Assembly: GCF_037042905.1 (NCBI RefSeq)
Contig: NC_087256.1
Location: forward strand, 10,354,001 to 10,418,000
DNA from: Lytechinus pictus
Taxonomy: Eukaryota
Length of the DNA: 64,000 bases
Direction of reading: 5' to 3'
The translations under genes were made by a program, and so were the position numbers. The notes beneath the pieces were generated by a model. The model was not told where the DNA came from, searched no databases, and worked only from the letters and a program-made list of their open reading frames with translations. Positions within the stretch are counted from its first letter, which is position 1; every line of letters begins with the position of its first letter. Shown piece by piece: positions 26,101 to 41,100 of the stretch.

Positions 26101-29100
26101 TATTAACCTCAAATAAAATGATATGTTCCATTCACATTTTCAGAAATTGAGCAAAATGCGATTTGTTCCAAAATCGGATCGCGAACAGTCGTAAGGTGTG
26201 CGGTGGCCTTAAAGGCCATCGCACACCTTACGATTGGCCTTCGACCCGATTTCATAATAAAACGTAATAAAATTTGATGCGAATATTAAAACATGGAACA
26301 TCTTACTGTTAAAAGTTCTAAATCATCGTACGAACACTTATTGCAAATCTGCGATTATGCTACCATCCTGGTTTGAATAAAAGCAAATTGAATATCGAGT
26401 CGTAATGACGTCATAGCAATCGTACGATTGGCCACGATTTGAAACCAAATTGGCCTTTACTCAAGATTATTTAATGCTTGCAATCATTCACACTTTACAT
26501 TGTACTCTTACAGTTAATTTAAACCTCAAATTAAGAAATACTTTTAATTCACATTTTCGGAAAATAAGCAAAATACGATTTGTTCCAAAGTCTGATCGTG
26601 TACCAGTCGTAAGGTGTGCGAAGTCCTTTGATTCAGATCAAACTCAAAAATTTATGTAGCTCACAGATAGGTGTTCCAGATCAATCGTAACTTGAGTCTG
26701 ATTTTAATCGACGTTTTGTAAGACGGGTCCGGATGTCTAAATATTGACAAGACATTAATTTACCAAGTAGTGTAATCAATGTTGTTTAAGAATAATAAAT
26801 ATTTACATACCTGTGTAAGATTGAGAACGATTTGACTGATGCTCTGGCTAATTTCTTCTCCTAGACTGTTGGCTAATGTTAACAGACGAGGTACACAATG
26901 TGGTAGGCGATTAAGAAGGAGCGGAATGCATTCATTATTCACAGAAAGACGTTTTAGTGTCTCAACACTCTGCTCTGCCAACAAGGCCTCGTAACACTCA
27001 TCTGTGAACAAGGAAAGAAACATGAAGTGTGATTTAAATATGACAAATTAACAAAAAAAGAAAAGAAAATCAATCAATCATAATATTTATTTAGAAAGGC
27101 AGTGCAGTATTTAACAAAATTAGTATTACACTACCGTCCTTCCCGTACTCTCAGATCAACCTCAAAAGCATTATTCATTGTTCCTTCTATCTGAACTAAG
27201 TCGTAAGGTGAACGTTCTTTTTCATACGCCTCCGCTACTTTATGAAATGCACTACCTGATTTCCTAAGATGTCTAAGTAATTTAGATAAGTTCAAAGTTT
27301 ATCTTAAGTGATACTTATGCAACACTTAAATCATTTTCGAGTTAACTCAGTATCCAATATTGAATTGTATCTACATGTTCCTTTCATGTCCCTTAGCTTT
27401 TCTTATACTTTTAGCGCATAGGGACACGCATATTTGCTGAAGTGTTATCATTAATATTGTTCTTTTAAGATTTGTTTCACCAGGCTACCTTTCTCAAAAT
27501 TCTCTGCTCTTTTATATTTATCTATGCCCCTATAAACAAAAATAAACATATATATTCTCATTACTATCTGCATGCTTTGACATCATTTTGTGGTGTCAAA
27601 TACCCTGATATATCAGCCTTGGGACCGTTATATAATACGAAGGGATTGTGGGATTATTTGACTGTACTGAAAACGTGTATGCATTCTTTTTAAAAAACCT
27701 GATAAAAATATTGAAGTTTTGATACACAAAATTGTTCGATAAACTTGGTCTCATATCAAGTTCAATAATCATTTGTATTATACGTCAGGTCTTGTTGTAT
27801 ACAGAGGGTTATTTTACACGAGACTTGTGCTATATTTTCCAACAAGCATGAACCTTTATACCCAATACATAGTGAAGCTATTTCTTTTAAGTATTACAAA
27901 AATGACCCGTGATATCGCACGAGTTAATCAAAATTAGACAGGACGAGTTCTGAAGTTAATTTGTTATCTAACTAGTTTTTCCTCCTGAAAGCCTAATTTG
28001 ATGTTAAATAACAAAGTTCCAAGCTAGAAAGTTACAAAACTATAGAAATGTCACACATGTTGATAGCACGATAACATGCACATGTTAATAACATTTGATG
28101 GTGGTGTTGAATAAATCCTTTAGTACTAACGCGAAACGTAAGCGCTTTAACAAGCTAAAGGACAAAGTGTAGTTTTGCACCAAACTCGACAATCTAATCA
28201 TGTATTCTTATTTGCAAATGTAACACTGTTTTCATTAATGTGAATATATTACATGGTAAGATAAATAAAACAGGCAAAAAGCAAGCAGAAGATGACATAT
28301 TAATTGGAATATTCACCAATATCTTAATGAAACATTTTCAACATCATTTCCACCAACGCTTTAAAGTCCCTTTAACTTTAAATCAATCCTTCCCTCAATA
28401 TTATGTGAAGAAGAGTAATAAAGTTCACGCCTATAGAAGGATGGGGGATCGTTTCAAGAGGATGCTCATAACATCTGATCAGTTTTAAAGGTTACCATCG
28501 ATATTATCACCGTGATTATAATAACTGACACAAACACAGAAATTACGCAATCTACAGGCAACGGGTATCTTTACTTCATAAATTGAATATAGAGGACATT
28601 CTAACGAATCGTCTAAATCATATAAATGAATGATAAAACAATAGTATAACAATGGTACAGTTTCATTTACGATGGAAACTTGAAAAAAAACTAAATCATT
28701 ATAATATAGAGTAAGGAATTGTCTGAACGGGTCAATGATACGGTAGATTTGATGTTCTCATGCTGATTTTCTAAATTTGTGAGACCACTTTTTCCTTCTT
28801 ACCCCCTTCCCCCTAAAAAACAAACGAATAGCTACTTCTTCCCAAGCCTTCCTGCATTTCGACATATCGAGATGTTTTACTTAAAATGAATACGAATAAG
28901 GAAATTTACTATTGAAACGAAATTTCCCTTTAAATAGCGACGTGAATGATTGAATAAAACGTACCTTTTCATAAACCCGTAACAAAGTTGTCTCGAATAG
29001 AACCACAACTCTTTTCCGATTAGTTCAAGAGTACCATGAACATTATTCCAATCAGGTGAACACCAATGTTCCCTTAATAACGTCAAAACTCTTCTGGGAG

Positions 29101-32100
29101 CTCTCTCACCCGTGCATTGAAAACATAAGATCTAATGAAGATCGCTCAGATCAACCTTACCCTTGCGATATAAAAGAATAATCTACGAGTCATTTTCCAT
29201 CTTAATATGCTAGTATATTCACTCGCTGCCAGACTGAAATTGTAAGGAGTGATAGTGCAACAAGCGCGCATGATCTCAGTAATTAAGAGTCAGAGCGAAC
29301 TAATAGAACACTGGTTGATACACGTACTCCACATCAAACACAGGATTATGGATGATATTAATGAAATTTATCAGAGAGAAAGAAGGGGGGGGTTGATGAA
29401 CTATCCTTACCAAATATCACGTTAGCATCCTAAATGATAGTTGACGAGAGACATGAAACCATGCAATCGAGAATCTTCGATTGATACTGAATGGGGGGGG
29501 GGGGTTACTGATGTTATATTGTGTCTGCTGTAATGCGGTGGCTCGCATCCGATAGCATGCCATGATGATTCAATCAACACGCAGTGGGTTCTTCCAATTC
29601 TTATTCAACTCATGTGGTATGTGACGCCAAGGAGCTTCAAACAGAGCCCTGCTTCTGACAGCTGTTACACGCATTTCACACGTCTTTATGGAAATGGCAC
29701 CTTGTGCAGTTCATCACCCAGTTTATGTCCATGTTTCTGTGGGTGGGTGTCACCCCACGCACGCACATCCTCACTAAAACATGTTCAACGATAAGCACTC
29801 CCACCAACTCTTACCTGCTCCTATCCTATCTTGAACTTTCTCACGCTCTCCCTCCCCTCGCACACAAACCCACCCACACCACGCACTCAACAATATGTCC
29901 CTCAATTTTGCTCACTCACTCTCTCTTTCTTTCTCTGACTTTCTGTACACCATCCCATACTCACGCCCTCACCATATACCACCCCAATCAAGCACACATA
30001 CCCCACACCCCATACCGCCATACACCTTCCCATTCGCGCTAAGATACCCCACACTCCAAATTACCCTTTAGCATCCCTATCACGCACACATACCCCACAT
30101 CCAAAACTACCATTATAACACCCTCTCGCGCAAATATACCAAACACCCCACAACACCATATACCACCCTCTCGCGCAAGCATACCCAACACCCAAACTAC
30201 CGTATATACCACTCTTCTCACGTACACACCCCCCAAAACCACCACATATCATTCTTATCACGCATACATGCCCAACACCCTAAACCAACATATAGCATCC
30301 CTCTTACGCACACACATACCCCACACCCAAAACCACCACATACCATTCCTATCACACACACATGCCCAACACCCTAAACCACCATATTCCATCCCTCTCA
30401 CACACACATATCCCACACCCCAAACCGTCATATATACTACTCTCTCACGCAAATAAACCCCACACCCCTAAGCATATTAACACCCTCTCACGCACACAAC
30501 CCCCAACACAAATCACCATGTATCACCATCTCACGCACATATACCCACACCCAAAATCACAATATACCACACTAACACACACACACATACCCCGCATCCC
30601 ACCAAAAGCATATACCACACCTCTCACGCAAATATAACCCACACCCCGACACACCAAAAATACCATATACCACCCTCTCATGCACACGTACCCCACAACC
30701 CAAACCACCATATATCACCCTCACACGCACACACATACCCCACAATCCAATTCACCATATACTACCCTCTCACGCACACACATACCCCACAACCCAAACC
30801 ACCATGTATCACCCCTATCACGCGCACACACACCCCACAACCCAAATCAACATATACTACCCTCTAACGCACACACATACCCCACAACCCAAACCACCAT
30901 ATACCACCCCTCTCACGCGCACACATATCCCACAACCCAAACCAACATATACTACCCTCTCACGCACTCACATACCCCACAACCCAAACCACCATATACC
31001 ACCCCTCTCACGCGCACACGTACCCCACAACCCAAACCACCATATACTACCCTCTCACGCATACACGTACGCCACAACCCAAACCACCATATATCACGCA
31101 CACACACACCCACAACCCAAACCAACATATACCACCCTCTCACGCACATACATACCCCACAACCCAAACCACCCTCTCATGCACGCATACCCCATAACAC
31201 AAACCACCAAATACCACCGTCTCACGCACACACGTACCCCACAACCCAAAGTTCCATATACCACCCTCTCACGCACACGCATATCCTACAACCCAAACCA
31301 CCATACACCACCCTCTCTCACACACACACATACCCAACAACCCAAACCAACATAAACTACCCTCTCACGGACACACATACCCCACAACCCAAACCACCAT
31401 ATATCACCCTCTCACGCAAACACACACCCCACAACCCAAACCACCACGACCCTCTCAAGCGCACAACTAATTCATCAAAATACACACTTCCTGTTCCTTC
31501 ACTCTCTCGCCCCTCTCTTGTCATTGCTATAACCCTCTTTCCGATCAGAGACAGACATGGGCGGCTACATGAATAAATCATGAACCAGTGCTCCGTCTAA
31601 AGTTTATACATAACTCACGTTCATCTTTCTATTTTCTAATCTGGTAGAGACAAGGATAACAAATGATTTCGTTTGGGAAGGAACATTGAACACAAAGTAC
31701 AGAATCCAGTATGAATTTTCCCGATAAAGTGTTCTGTTAGAATGTAGAGTGTTGCAAAGTTTGAAGGAAAAAAAATGGTACTACAGATCATGCCACAGTG
31801 ATGAACATAATCCTGTCAAGTGATCGAAATTCATTCAAATTTCTATTTAAAAGTACAATTATTGAAATCTATTTTGCATACATTATTTGTTGCAATGTAT
31901 GGTAAGCCTCTGGTAAGCTTTCTCATGATCAAGAACAACATTTGTTTGAACAGAACACGTAATTCGAATATGTCAGTAAAAGGCATTTTACGACGCATCA
32001 TATATATATATGATGTAAGTCTCTAATCTGTTATATTTCGAAAAAGTGCAATAATAGAATATCTCCAATCAAACAAAGAAGAGAATACGACGGATCACTT

Positions 32101-35100
32101 TTCTTTTAATGTTGGTATACAGTGTTCTGTATTGAAGTGTTGATAATCATTGGTAGAGCTCACAAAAGTAGATTCATAAGTAATGCAGACGACTTTAAAA
32201 TAAGATGTTAGCAGACTGAGTTCTATTTTTCTATCTGCATATCGCTCTCTCTCTCTCTCTCATCTATTTTTTTTTATTGATGTTATACTGTCGTGATCGT
32301 ACTGTGAAGTGCACAATCCTAAATACTGGAGCAAAAATCTGAAAGGGGAACAGCATACCAATACTGTAACTCATAATACTCAAGAATAATTTTATCAATC
32401 TCGTCGCTCAACACGGAGACTGAGATTGGACGAAAGAACCGTTCTGAGTATATTACCCCCCTGGTTTAGAGCCTTCGAGTTCACTTAACCTAGACTACAA
32501 GTTTTAAAGAACCCTTTGATTACAGTTCTATGTCCAAGTTATAATACAGACAAATATCATCAGAGATTTATTATCATTAAATTATGGTTTTGGTGGAGCA
32601 CTGTATACTAGGTGATTTCAGCAGAAATGACTCATGGGATAACACATATGGGGGTAAGAATGACAGAATGGAAACGTCGAATAGACTGCCCCCCCCCCAA
32701 AAAAAAAAAAAAAAAAAAAAAAAAAGATTACAAATTCGACTCATAGAGTTAACAAACATTTGAGCTATTAAACTGTTTTACTGGCGGTTCGTCGAACTAG
32801 AGGTATGTTTATGAAAGATCAGCTGAACCACCTAGATATCCAGATAACCATCTCGTCATATCTACATCCTGTTGTAGCGATGATCATGATGATAAGACTA
32901 CTGCATACTGTAGATCTTCGATCTCGTCATGTCTATATCCATCAGGAAGATGTTCAGATAGGTGAACCGACCAGATGATAAGATGAAAACATGACGGGAT
33001 CTAAGATTTATTTATCTTCAGGATGTGGACAAAACGCGCTCCAAGATCTCTGCATCTCATTATTTCATCTTCGGGACAAGATACTGACATTACCATGATA
33101 ACGAGATCCCAGATCATGTCACTTGATCATCTCTCCTAAAGGATATAGGTATGGTGAGCTTCGAGATCTCGTCATTTAATCATCTGGGTCGCAGTTTCCA
33201 TAAGATTCCCTAACCCACATCTCCCGCCACTCCCCTAAATGAAGAACAATTTATTGTGAAAAATACTACTGGAATGTATAGGAAAACATCATAGCAAATA
33301 GAAAGTAACGTACCTGGTATAGTCTCGAGAGTCTGACCTATGCGTCGACGTCTAACCGGAAACGCCATTTTAAACAATCATCTACTTCTTATCGACTTCT
33401 TACAAATTTCCTATCACTTTTTTTTAATAAATACAACGTTTTCAAGAAGTTAGTTGAAATTAATTCCCTAGTTTGGATATCTGAAAGACACAGCCCAGAA
33501 AATGATGAATTTTGACGAGAATGGGTCCCATACTGAAGATCCGGTTTGATTCTGGTATACCTTCTCTGTCATGATAAAAAGTAGCAAGTGCTTTGTGGGC
33601 TACCTAGAGAAAAATCAGAAGCTGAATATTTCTCAACAAATTGGAGGTGATCCTGGAATGTGTTTATTTATCAGGGTGTAAATCGGACACATAAGATTGA
33701 GATAACAGAATAATAGAAATAATGAACGTAGCAACAAATTCGTATTTACAGGCTAAGTCGTAAGAAAACACGGCAAACAAAATTCGAGGTGTTATTTGTA
33801 TTTTACCTATGACTCATAGCCCTGTTTCTCTTTTTATTAATCGACAATCGTACAAAAACATTATTATACTGTTATTATATAACATTATTATAGTGTCATT
33901 GTACAACATTATTATATAACATTATTATACTGTTATTATACAAAATTATTATATTGTGACTTTTATGGTAATTTTATATAACTAAAAAAAGACCATTGAG
34001 ACAATGTTTCTTGAAGTAGAAACATGGTCTACATGTGTCTCTTTGCCTTACACCTATGGTATCATCTCTTAATAATTTTCGACATGTATTCAGGAAAAAG
34101 AAATAGCAAAGATGGGCCAATACAGGGTTATTTCAGGGGATTCACTTTAAGGGGGTATCTCACTGAGCGGCGAATGCTTGTGAACGTTGCGAATTAGAGA
34201 TTTCGCCAGGATTCGTAAAAGATTCCAAAGGTTGCAAGAAAGCTCCTAAACAGTTTTCATTTTTGCCAATAATTTTTCTTGTTGCAAAGAAAGTTTCAAT
34301 TCAATTCAATTCAATTCATTTATTTAATTCCAATAAAACATACACATAATCATACAATTGCGTGAAAACTTGAGCAGTGAAAGATTTGAAATATAATATT
34401 AAAATATTAAAAGGAATTGTCTGGATAACCACCCTTGATAATACAGTATAGAATTAGATTGAATCCATTTAAAGAAAAATTATGAATAGGTAATGGGCAT
34501 ATAATTGTACAATGAAAACAAAGCAGAACACAACAAGATACAAAGTCCGCACAAACCCAAAAGAAAACAGGCAATGCAGTAAAGACAGAATTTAAGTACT
34601 ATTGATTAAATAAAATTTCAATTTTCTTTTAAAAGCATACATTGAGTTGAGAGACTTTATTGCAATGGGGAGATTATTCCACACAACTGGTGTATGATGT
34701 CTAAATGAAAATGATACATAATTTCTATTAACAGTCCATAAATGATATTTATTTGTATTTCTTGTGTTAAAATCATGCATAGATGAATTTACAATAAGCA
34801 TCGAAGATAATGATTTATGAAGTAAATTGTGTTTATATTTATAAGTAATATTGCATTCAGTGATATGAATTCAGTTGAAATACAGTAAGAAGATTGAATT
34901 TGATAAATAATTCTTTTGAATGCGCTAATCTAGATGAGATTGAACATATGCAAATAATCTTTTTTTGTAAAATATATATTGGGTTCAACTTCGTGGGATA
35001 TGTGTTAGCCCCCAATCGGCTGACCCCAAAAAAAAAAAAAAAAAAAAAACGGGGAAAAGGAGAAAAAGAGGGAGAAAGGAAGAGGAACGTAGTGGGAAAG

Positions 35101-38100
35101 AAAAAGTTATTATTCATTATAATGGTATATTATATTATAATCACGTTATGTTATATTACATAGGAAACATTCTTATCATAACTTTATGAAACATAATTTG
35201 CTCAGGGCCTATGTCTTCATTGTTCCTGGTACTCGCATTGTCTGTTTAACGAGATATATAAACCTGTTGTACGAAAACCTCCTGTTTTCAAGTCAATATA
35301 CACCCAATATATTATTTTTTTTTATATAGTGACAAATGCTTCTTTTTCATAACTACTTAAAGTGATTGCCCCATTTAAGGTCTTAATATAAAACATTTCC
35401 TGTCCGTGATAACGTTCGCATCAGTAGATTGGTGAGATATGTCTCCTCTCCATGAATTTCTAAAATCAGTCCTTAAAATGTCCCTTTTTTCAGCTCGCGC
35501 TTTGCGCTCGCATCATTTGGTTAGTGAAATACGTATGGTTTCGTGAATTCCTACAAACAACCTTATAATGACCCTCTTCAGGTCTGAATTTCCTAAATTT
35601 TCTGCTCGCGCTTCGCACTCGCAATATTTGATTAGTGAGATGCGTATGTTATTCATGATTAAAATGACTACTAGTGTTTCATATGTGTTTAAATGTAATT
35701 CTAACAAAATCAGCAAACGCTTGGCACTCGCATTAGATCACTGTGGTGACATATGTATACTTTGAAGGGATTCCTAAAATATAGTCCTTAAGATGCCCCT
35801 GTTTGGGGTCAATATATACAACAATTTCGGCTCGCGCTTCGCGCTCGCATTGTTTGGTTAGTGAAATACGTATGGTTTCGTGAATTCCTACAAAGAAGCC
35901 TTAAAATGCCCCTCTTCAGGTCTGAATTTCCTAAATGTTCAGCTTGCGCTTCGCACTTGCAATATTTGATTAGTGAGATGCGTATGTGATTCATGATTAC
36001 AATGACTACAAGTGCTTCATATGTGTTTAAATGTAATTCTAACAAAATCAGCAAGCGCTTGGCACTCGCATTAGATGACTATGGTGACATGTATACTATT
36101 AAGGGATTCCTAAAATATAGTCCTTAAGATTTCCCTGTTTGGGGTCAATATATACACAAATTTCGGCTCGCGCTTCGCGCTCGCATTGTTTAGCGAGACA
36201 AGTACGTATTATGATTACAAAAGTTCAATTATAATGTCCCTTTTTAGGTCTGAATATCAAAAATTTTCAGCTCGCGCTTCGCGCTCGCATTATTTGATTA
36301 CTGATATGCGTATGTTATTAATGATACAATGACTACAAGTGCTTTCTTAAAATGTCTCTATTAGGTCAGTATACCTGACAACTGAGCGCGCTTTGCGCGC
36401 TCACTAAGTGACTCAAAATTTTTGCTGGTGCCCCCCCCCCCCCCTGCCGTGACCCACGGTACGCCACTGAATATGACTGTTCATTTTGATGTGTAATAAA
36501 TCTGAAGTATTTTGTGAAGTATTATTGAGAGATAAATATATATAATTTGATTTATCCATATTTAAAGATAGTTTATTAGAATGAAACCAGTCAGTTATGT
36601 TTTTGAGCTCAGTGTTTATAACATTATTTAAAGATAGTATTGAATCATCAGAAATTAATATGTTGGTATCATCCGCAAAAAGTAGAAACTTTAATTTATT
36701 TGTACAGTTCGGTAGGTCATTTATGAATATTAGAAATGATAGCGGCCCTAGGTTTGATCCCTGGGGCACGCCACACAAGACATTCAAAAGTTCAGATAAA
36801 ACATTGTTGTAAAAAACATATTGTAATCGGTTTGATAAATAACTTTTGAACCAGAGCAGCGGAAGACCCCTTATTCCATAGTACTGTAACTTAATAAGAA
36901 TAACTTAATAGTAAAAATCAATGCAATCGAAAGCCTTACTAAGATCTAAAAATATTCCAATTGTATGGTGTTTCTTATTCAATGAGTTAATTATATAATC
37001 ATGTAAATTGATAACTGCCATTTCAGTTGATACATTTAAAAAAAAATTGATTATCATTTAAGAGAGAATTGATACATAGAAAATCATATAATCGATTATA
37101 TACAGTTCTTTGAGAAAATTTTTGAGAAAAATGGGAGCAAAGAAATTGGACAATAGTTAGAGATATCATGTAAATCATTTTGTTTATAAACAGGAATCAT
37201 TTTGGAAATTTTCAATTTGGAAGGAACTATACCGGATGATAATGACAAGTTAAATATGTGACATAACGGTTTAGAAATGAGTATAATTGTTTTTTTAATG
37301 ACTATGGGACTAATACTACCGATTCCACAGCTTCTACTACTTTTCATTTTTTTAACAATATCAAGTATTTCATTCTCAGTGATATGTTTAAGAAATAAAG
37401 ACTTAATACATTCCTGTGGCAAGAATTTGGCATAATCATTATTATCTAAGGAATTTCCAGACTCTTTTATCTTCAATTCAATCTTCACAAAAAAAATCAT
37501 TAAAACTGTTTCCTATATTCTTATCACCATGAACATTATTACCATTAACATTTATATAATTAGGCAGCTTTTTCTTTTTATTTCCAAGTACTTCTTTAAT
37601 AATGTTCCATGTCTTTTTCAAATTACCAGTAGACTCTTTAAACTTTTGTTCGTAAAATCTTTTACGAGCATTCTTAAGTGCTATGTTTACAAAATTACGT
37701 ATTTTCACATATTTTTTTTAGAATTCTCATTAGGATTTTCACGATATTTTTTCAATAGTCTATTCCTTTTCCGCATCTGTTTTAACAGTGTCGAATCAAT
37801 CCATGGTTTCTTTGCTTTTCTCTTTTCTTTGGATCTAGAAGCTTTTTGAAAGACATTGTTATATAATTTACTGAATTTCATTAAAAATCTATTATAAATA
37901 GTTTCAGTGTTTTCACAGAATAATATATCATCCCAATTAACAATGGCAAGTTTTTCTTGCCAAAAGATTGGTCATGTTTTCATTTATGTTTTGGCATGAA
38001 TATATAAAATCTTGTTTAATCAACTTGTATTTTTCAGAAATTTGGAAAACCGGGAAGTGATCAGAAATATAATTTACTAATAGACCAGATGAAATATCGG

Positions 38101-41100
38101 AGTTGAAATTATTGGTAAAAATATTGTCAATTAGGGAAAAGGAAGATTGTGTAATTCTAGATGGTTTATTGATAAGAGGCAAGAAAATGTTGGCATAAAT
38201 AACACTTAAAAATTTATTAACAGGACCATAAGTAGAATATTTCAAAAGATCTATGTTAAAGTCCCCCATTAAGTATGCATGCTTACATTCAGAATTTTTT
38301 TTTTAAACAATCTTCAAAATATTCAGTAAACTCAATTATGTTTGATGAGGGTTTTCTATAAATAATACCTACAATAACATTTTTAGTGTGTTGAAATGAT
38401 ATTTCAATAAAAAGTGATTCGTAACATTGGGGACAACTTAGTAAATCTGTCCGAACAGCATAATTTAAGGAATCAGAAATCAGTGAAGCTACTCCTCCTC
38501 CTTTCCCTTGACAACGATCAGAATTAACAAATGTATAACCATCTATGTTGAATAAGAGAGGCGTATTGCCATTAATCCAGGCTTCTAAAAATCCATATAC
38601 AGAAAAGTTAAACGATAATGTGGATAAATATTCTGATATTGCATCAAAGTTTTTACTTAAACTACGAGAGTTGAAGTGTAAAATACTAAAACTACTATTT
38701 ATATATTTAAAACTAATCTACAAATTGATCATCTGAGAAATATTTACAGTTAGAATCAATATCCAAGTCAAATTCATTGACTTCATTTGCATTAAAAGTA
38801 TTATACAATTTATTAAAATCTTGATTACTATAAAGATGATTGTTATCATAATGATGCATATTAATAAATTCATCATCATTTATCTCAAAATAAGAAAAAA
38901 CAGAATGAATACATCCAGGAAAAGGACATTGGCATGCATTATGAATGTCACATGTGTGAATGTGAATGCTATTGTTAAAGTCTCTGCAAAATGAACATGT
39001 AATTATGTTTGTCTTTACTACAAGGTTACAATCTACACATAACATTAAATACAAATAGTCTCAAAACATTAAAAGTAAATAAAAAGTTTAATTACAAAAG
39101 TCTTTTTATTCATTTTTATTTTTTCTCTTAGAGAAAAAAAAATAAATAAAAAAAATAAAAGTTTAAACATATTCAGAATTTCTTTCCGAAACTGTTTTCC
39201 TTTAACAATTGCTAGCGTTTGCAAAATAGTCATAATCATTGCAAACTATCGCCGAAGTTCTCTTTTATTCGCCAATGATAGCGATCAAATGAGCACATGG
39301 CTCGCGTATAAAATAGATCCTCTGATTAGAAATGTGCGTCGAACTTTTGCGAAAATATTTTTTCCGTTTTAAAGCAGTTGGTAACTACATTTTGATATTG
39401 CAAACAAACATTCGTAAGAATCAAAATTTGAAACGTTCTTAAGCATCAGCCGTCCAATGAGATACCTCCTTAAAACAGATTAGTGTAGAAAGCTACAGTG
39501 TTAAAGCTTACTTTGTCATAATTCATTATTTTGAATATGATGAAATGAATCAGAATACCTGGCTAGAAAGCAATTCCTTAAAATAAATCAATCAGAATTT
39601 GAAATGATAGAACTGGATTATGATATAGTAATTATACAATCGGAGATAACTTGCAACGCGCTTTATTTATACCGTCATAAATGATGGTGACTAAAACAAT
39701 ACTTTTGTTGAGATTATTTTCATCAACGTTGGCATTGTCCTTGTTGGGCTATTAATTCATATGTTTCTATTATCCTGAATCGCTAATGTTACGGCTGGGC
39801 GCTATGGACACCTTCCCCTAACAGACCCCTCGTCCCCGTCCTCCCCACCCCCGGCTCAGCAGATTAAAGGTCATTTTAGCACCTCTCTGTCTACGAAATG
39901 TTTCATTGATTCGTCATCCCCACACGCGGCGTGGGGTAATTCAAATTGGGAAGAATTGTGTACACAGTCACCCGTTGCTATGCACAGTTGCTATGATGCG
40001 ACTGGCAGAGCAGTGATTACATTGGTGTCTCTTTTCATCAGTGCCGATCATTTTTTTTTCAATTTTGCTTCACCAACTTCTTTTCTCCCCCGACCCCCTC
40101 CTCTCTCTCCCCCTCTCTCTCTCTCCCTCTCTCTTTCTTTCTCATTGCCACTTATCATCTCCTTCTCTCATTTTCTCTTTCCCGTAAAGATTTTATTTTC
40201 TCTAATCTATAATATTATTCTCTTTCCCTCTTTATTCCGATCTTATTATTTTTTTATCGTTGTCCGTTTTCCGTTTTGCTCATTTATTTTGTTTTTTTAT
40301 AATTCTGTTGCGCAATTATTTTGTGTCTGCCATTTTTTTTTCATTTTCAACGTGTTTACTACCATTTCGTCGACCTTTACTGTATGTAGTACTCGCATTA
40401 ACCTGTGAAAACATGGTATACTTGATGTTTCTTCCACCTGTACCCTATTTCCTACTCTCTCATAGACACAATTACAAACAGTATTGAGCCAACAATAGGT
40501 TAATTAGTAAAGATGTCGTTAATACTGTACTGTGATAGGATGTTATGTAGAGTAGAGAAGGTGAAATATAACACACTACGGTCGAGTAAGCTTGATCAAT
40601 CAAAGGCCTCTTTTTAAAGGGCTTTTATAATTCGGTACTCACAAAAAATGACAAAGTTCATCGGGGCCAATACCGTTTTGCTAATTACTTAACGATATAG
40701 ATGATCTAGTAATGAAGCAACGCCNNNNNNNNNNNNNNNNNNNNNNNNNNNNNNNNNNNNNNNNNNNNNNNNNNNNNNNNNNNNNNNNNNNNNNNNNNNN
40801 NNNNNNNNNNNNNNNNNNNNNNNNNNNNNNNNNNNNNNNNNNNNNNNNNNNNNNNNNNNNNNNNNNNNNNNNNNNNNNNNNNNNNNNNNNNNNNNNNNNN
40901 NNNNNNNNNNNNNNNNNGAACATATTCTAACAGGTTTTCACTTATCATGATCATCGGATCATGGTGTAATTCATGATCAAACAATACAAATTCTTTAACT
41001 TTAATTCAAATATAATATCGTCTTCAAGTTCGTGAGTAAACATATCTAGTCTTGGAAGAGATGTATCGAAAAAATCTTTGAAATTAAAAAAAGGGCACTA

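Larger units (their letters stand above)
34150..39470. mobile_element. Harbinger-like MITE split by a LINE insertion
   Basis: Left end AGGGGGTATCTCACTGAGCGGCGAATGCTT; right end (reverse complement) AGGAGGTATCTCATTGGACGGCTGATGCTT; TTA/TAA flanks. Confidence 0.8.

Noticed and set aside
29970-31460. CRISPR-like array
   Set aside because: Tandem units without unique spacers, no cas genes, eukaryotic intron.
30039-31581. His/Thr/Pro-rich ORFs up to 298 aa
   Set aside because: Translations of the ~40-bp minisatellite, open in several frames on both strands.
35513-36054. Duplicated small ORFs MLILLELHLNTYE
   Set aside because: They come from the internal tandem units of a non-autonomous transposon.
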